Part shown: in pieces, positions 62,601-64,000 of the stretch
Layout: each line of letters begins with the position of its first letter
Position numbering within the stretch: position 1 is the stretch's first letter
From: Psammoneis japonica
Taxonomy: Eukaryota
Direction of reading: 5' to 3'
NCBI GenBank assembly: GCA_008632985.1
Contig: QPGO01000019.1
Location: 310,001 to 374,000, forward strand
DNA length: 64,000 nucleotides
Notes under the pieces: model-generated
What the model was told of the DNA's origin: nothing
The model's input: the letters and a program-made list of their open reading frames with translations, nothing else
Databases searched by the model: none
Translations under genes and position numbers: made by a program

Positions 62601-64000
62601 ATACGATCCCAAGGTACCCTCCCCCAGAAGAGGTAAAATGCAAGAGAAAGCATTGGATCGATTGTGTATCAGCAGCAATGACACCGATATTAAGTCACAC
62701 CCGCTGTATGCCAAGGCTGAGTTTCTCGCGAAAGCTCAACCCATGAATGAGGAAATTCGGCACCAGTATCGCAACGTTCTACTCTTTCTGCAGCAACAAA
62801 ATCTGACTCGAATCATTGTCTACGGCCTGCGTGTCTCCGACTTGACGCATCAATGGATTCACTTTGGTTGGTTCCGATCTTGGCTAGACATCATACTCCA
62901 ATCAAACGAAGAAATGCAGCTGGAACTATGCTGGATTGACAAGAATGAGCTCGAGTCGGTTCCGCAAGACGCTTGGGAACATGCCCTAGTCATGTCATCG
63001 TATGGGACTGGTATTTATGGGTTTGATGACATTGAGCCCTTGTTTGTAAACTCGTCCATTTATATTTTGCACGTGCACGATGCGGGGGATCGAAAGGATC
63101 TTTCCTCTATTAAGAATGCCTTTCACTGGTATCGATACGAATACACCAACAGTTTCAAAGAGAAGTACAATGATGGGCTGTTTCTCGAGTGGGCGACAGA
63201 CCTCAATCCATTCGAAATTGAGCACAACCGACCAACAGCAGATAACTTGACTTTTGCTGACAAGAACAAGGGAATTGTCCTAGTTGGTACGATTTGGTAT
63301 CGAAACAAGGCGGAATGGGAGCACATTACACACATTGCGAGTAGCCACTCACTTGTCTTTCACCAATATGGCCGAGTCTCGACTGACATTGACGACATGG
63401 AGGGACCATCCTTTGTTCGTCACTCGGGTTATCTTGGCCATAAGGCGCAATACGAGACGATGCGCGACGCCTACTTGACACCTGCAATTCAAGGAGACGG
63501 ACATTTAGTTCGTGGATATGTACCCTGTCGTATTTTCAAAACTGTTTCTGCCGGCAATCTGGGTGTTTCCAACAACAGGGCGGTCGGCGATCTCTTTCCT
63601 CCGGAATCCATTGTCGTGAGGCACGGGACTTCTCGTGATGATTTGAACTTACTCATTGCAAACGCAATCGAGGCGCTCAAAAACAGTTCGCAGCTGGTTG
63701 CCAGAATCAACGCTGCAATGACCTATGTTCAGCAGGAGCACACCTATCTTGCTCGTTTCAACAGTTTTGCAAATTTCGTCAAAAGCACCCAACGAGAAAG
63801 AGAGGCGGAATGTCACGACACCTTGGATGACATTGCCATGGTAGACTTGGAAACCGGCACTCCTCGATGCATGAGGTACGAAGATAATCACTATCATATC
63901 ATCATGGCATTGTTGGGAGGAGTTCCTATGAAATTTGACAACATGACTGCGATTCCACCCCTGCAGCGCGGCATGCTGCGGCTGCTGGGCCCGGTTGTCA
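56650..64000 (+). CDS. >=2450-aa intronless ORF: MLKL/HeLo-like helical N-terminus, TKL-type protein kinase, Ser/Thr/Pro repeats, TM helix, four GT-A-like domains and a GT-B-like domain; continues beyond the window
   Basis: Frame +1 from ATG 56650 with no stop found to the window end. IGRGTFGLVYKA, VAVK, HRDVKPDNILL, DFG, YMAPE; TM KKYVGMIIAALVVIVAAVVVVVR at ~58804-58872; WIALPVW, DYVIMIDDDQY, IHVVIPFYNV..WLFDDAS..VLDGDDEL, DYVVFVDDDQYW and PAIQG...YVPCRIFK...HTYLAR. Confidence 0.88.
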   Translation, partial: MSAVFEAISLTIRVCTDIYQSYETVKILPDLAKSLADRVQLFKPRLHQLLERKPRSDHVDPLPHIRALQKILGEIKIYMEKLKDDSALRKAKNHIFYRGLLKDYENLNFKLDRCRGDLKFDFEFDQDAERGAFEDETKGLLQCIVEQHEEQGVEQRFMREMLTEILQFIRHHSNLGLTRRSSPSIEAATAFLFDDSDSGDLTSVVNDQIAREYEIAASAIEVQDWVIGRGTFGLVYKAIYKNQYVAVKRPHMQDADIVEELISQARCRSSIFVATVYGFSNINGTLSIVMEYAPCGSLTSLLRASSGNDGHLSAKTVSGSLQATLPSSVVIQLLHKVALGIEFIHQRRIIHRDVKPDNILLGRDLNPKLTDFGSARELTESATHVTGSAAGSIYYMAPEALIILQRGEGRYTYTVDQYSFGAVIVVSCHRLFGGPQTRRRSPFKDDPLPNAFPRLLSEIKDRCMSENPRDRYGRGSTSEALVSRAMEDMISGGNSNISSPIHDGFHGMDVTAVANVARFSFENRTQQGKPSSTSVSTPLRPIAPKESTNEGLPSLATASSLSLSSSMGKTAFENHTQQGMLSSTSVSTPLRPTAPRESTNDGLPSLAIASSLPPSSSMDKTAFENQTQQGVVSSTSVSTPLRPTAPRDSTNEGLPSLANASPLPPSSSMGPTATSVLPLARAPTQNMESTNASSAYFGAAQDEEERNGNKCISFLSARKKYVGMIIAALVVIVAAVVVVVRVSQNNEPASSSFVSSPTPLPTEMQFSMSFPFRRLETDNIRSEKAHGACLKTVHTNETLWIALPVWQSKSGLYRSLRSILTQRDAGYNAIHIIIFGGNLAQELSDEEKKDVENEMNNSAEFVLAAHLTFLKDSNPALSRGGAYGIWFMLSWIRQRALPHDYVLMLSEGDSLVDEKGLSRIRLRLLREKPWFASEQSNTRNSRRCRKIIPSDANQFLRCHPRTIFMSHLLSHLGRQDFQDGNGSWLQMDADQPFLRKIMDLAGPSHSSYFGEHLSDTASAALQFSTPAVNSKDTGWHEMSPGPHFPEIIHVVSCVFDRINTREFLSRLLQSELESGFVLHIHICNNKSDRQTELEQLAAASKKENDSSHEVFVHNMEHDLGGYSRFLLARRIQRKEFVDYVIMIDDDQYVTKTTIAEIFSHREPQTYKAWYGKNWKRFETSYWIPEAEVVNTDDPEYPFNHYPDVTTWQYGAAGMSIIDAAIFMSTELFEIERKYVFLEDMWLSHVVQVSGWSIERLFVVFEVYSASSQMNQWKDVEDLKDEFFAKLGFLACSKSQSSSRIDRRKASPTQNAVSPTTCCPVLSTCTVCGGVGAVPIKKPERCDICPDGQYISYKEPNETGCALCPKAAPKEPCGSAQDLTDWLVLEGGRNGVSRSHPVCPQAVRNRIHVVIPFYNVDAETLDAAFRSVEKQNYPAEKAAIWLFDDASTRYDSFIGLCGRDTLVEFTPPSNGGDKSDRQFASKTLEGVVAPGGMPLPVCLRSTSHLGPGGAKYWAFVFVDAIAEPNDLVMVLDGDDELHVVNALQIINNKYIDDGVWCTYGSSVGKYSAQTKPIPGIFRSGHEPFLPRQEMPTNSWRYGHPHTFKAHLLRHILRKDFTYSDGSWLLKATDRGYVYRMLELSGADRVGYIPERIYKYKYSKLTSTLASVPPETRASHLQHVLDLAPSSRLVLTLHIVLVCWGRIFLLKDQLIFLQDQTGLFGRQLEVHVVNNNIEKRNEVEEMVMSFRRWQQSASLKPGFLPLSVVLVHNEVNWHAFSRFVYVDELRKREPLDYVVFVDDDQYWMPHFVSSLVGKHKPKGMTTWYGKKFEFRDNNGLADYWKSAITWTDILKSDKPSVSTFTYGGPGGSIIDGNLWLLDNQLLRLKTDLSMFHKYDDIWVSYIMDGLLGWEVRRLLTPVCVDIANVHTSFYAKNVLMLVEEKPLARLMEINAQLRNEIKAVATWESAKIDKKHMFQVMQLRFAWDVTYDPKVPSPRRGKMQEKALDRLCISSNDTDIKSHPLYAKAEFLAKAQPMNEEIRHQYRNVLLFLQQQNLTRIIVYGLRVSDLTHQWIHFGWFRSWLDIILQSNEEMQLELCWIDKNELESVPQDAWEHALVMSSYGTGIYGFDDIEPLFVNSSIYILHVHDAGDRKDLSSIKNAFHWYRYEYTNSFKEKYNDGLFLEWATDLNPFEIEHNRPTADNLTFADKNKGIVLVGTIWYRNKAEWEHITHIASSHSLVFHQYGRVSTDIDDMEGPSFVRHSGYLGHKAQYETMRDAYLTPAIQGDGHLVRGYVPCRIFKTVSAGNLGVSNNRAVGDLFPPESIVVRHGTSRDDLNLLIANAIEALKNSSQLVARINAAMTYVQQEHTYLARFNSFANFVKSTQREREAECHDTLDDIAMVDLETGTPRCMRYEDNHYHIIMALLGGVPMKFDNMTAIPPLQRGMLRLLGPVV
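58210..58668 (+). repeat. Three coding tandem repeats of 153 bp (51 aa)
   Basis: FEN.TQQG..SSTSVSTPLRP.AP..STN.GLPSLA.AS.L..SSSM starting at 58210, 58363 and 58516. Confidence 0.92.

Noticed and set aside
1..64000. The enzyme responsible for TpA mutation encoded in this window
   Set aside because: No deaminase HxE...PCxxC or DNA methyltransferase motifs were recognised in the intact genes. No rRNA or tRNA genes were recognised either.

Overview
Eukaryotic genomic DNA, almost certainly from a diatom: it has GT-AG introns, frustulin-like genes and a CoDi-type Ty1/copia element. Gene islands of ordinary composition alternate with transposon blocks almost free of the dinucleotide TpA. The main observation is a repeat-restricted, double-strand TpA->TpG/CpA hypermutation (A:T->G:C) that prefers TAY, the opposite polarity to fungal RIP. 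Its direction is shown by conserved Tyr codons turned into Cys or His throughout a full-length copia element (23431-30567, YVDD->CVDD) and a piggyBac-like DNA transposon. Older repeats have also lost CpG. A basecalling artefact at modified bases must be excluded. Genes: three frustulin-like genes (one with an F5/8C domain); an intronless bacterial-type CntK/DapF-like racemase with a Shine-Dalgarno-like site; a probably plastid-targeted beta-carbonic anhydrase with a long low-complexity N-terminus built from short exons; two F-box/Cys-rich paralogues; a PIG-H-like gene; a possible REase+kinase gene; and a >=2450-aa intronless ORF (56650 to window end, missing from the ORF track) that joins an MLKL-like helical N-terminus, a kinase, a TM helix and about five glycosyltransferase-like domains. 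All counts are hand counts, and family assignments come from motif recognition, not database searches.
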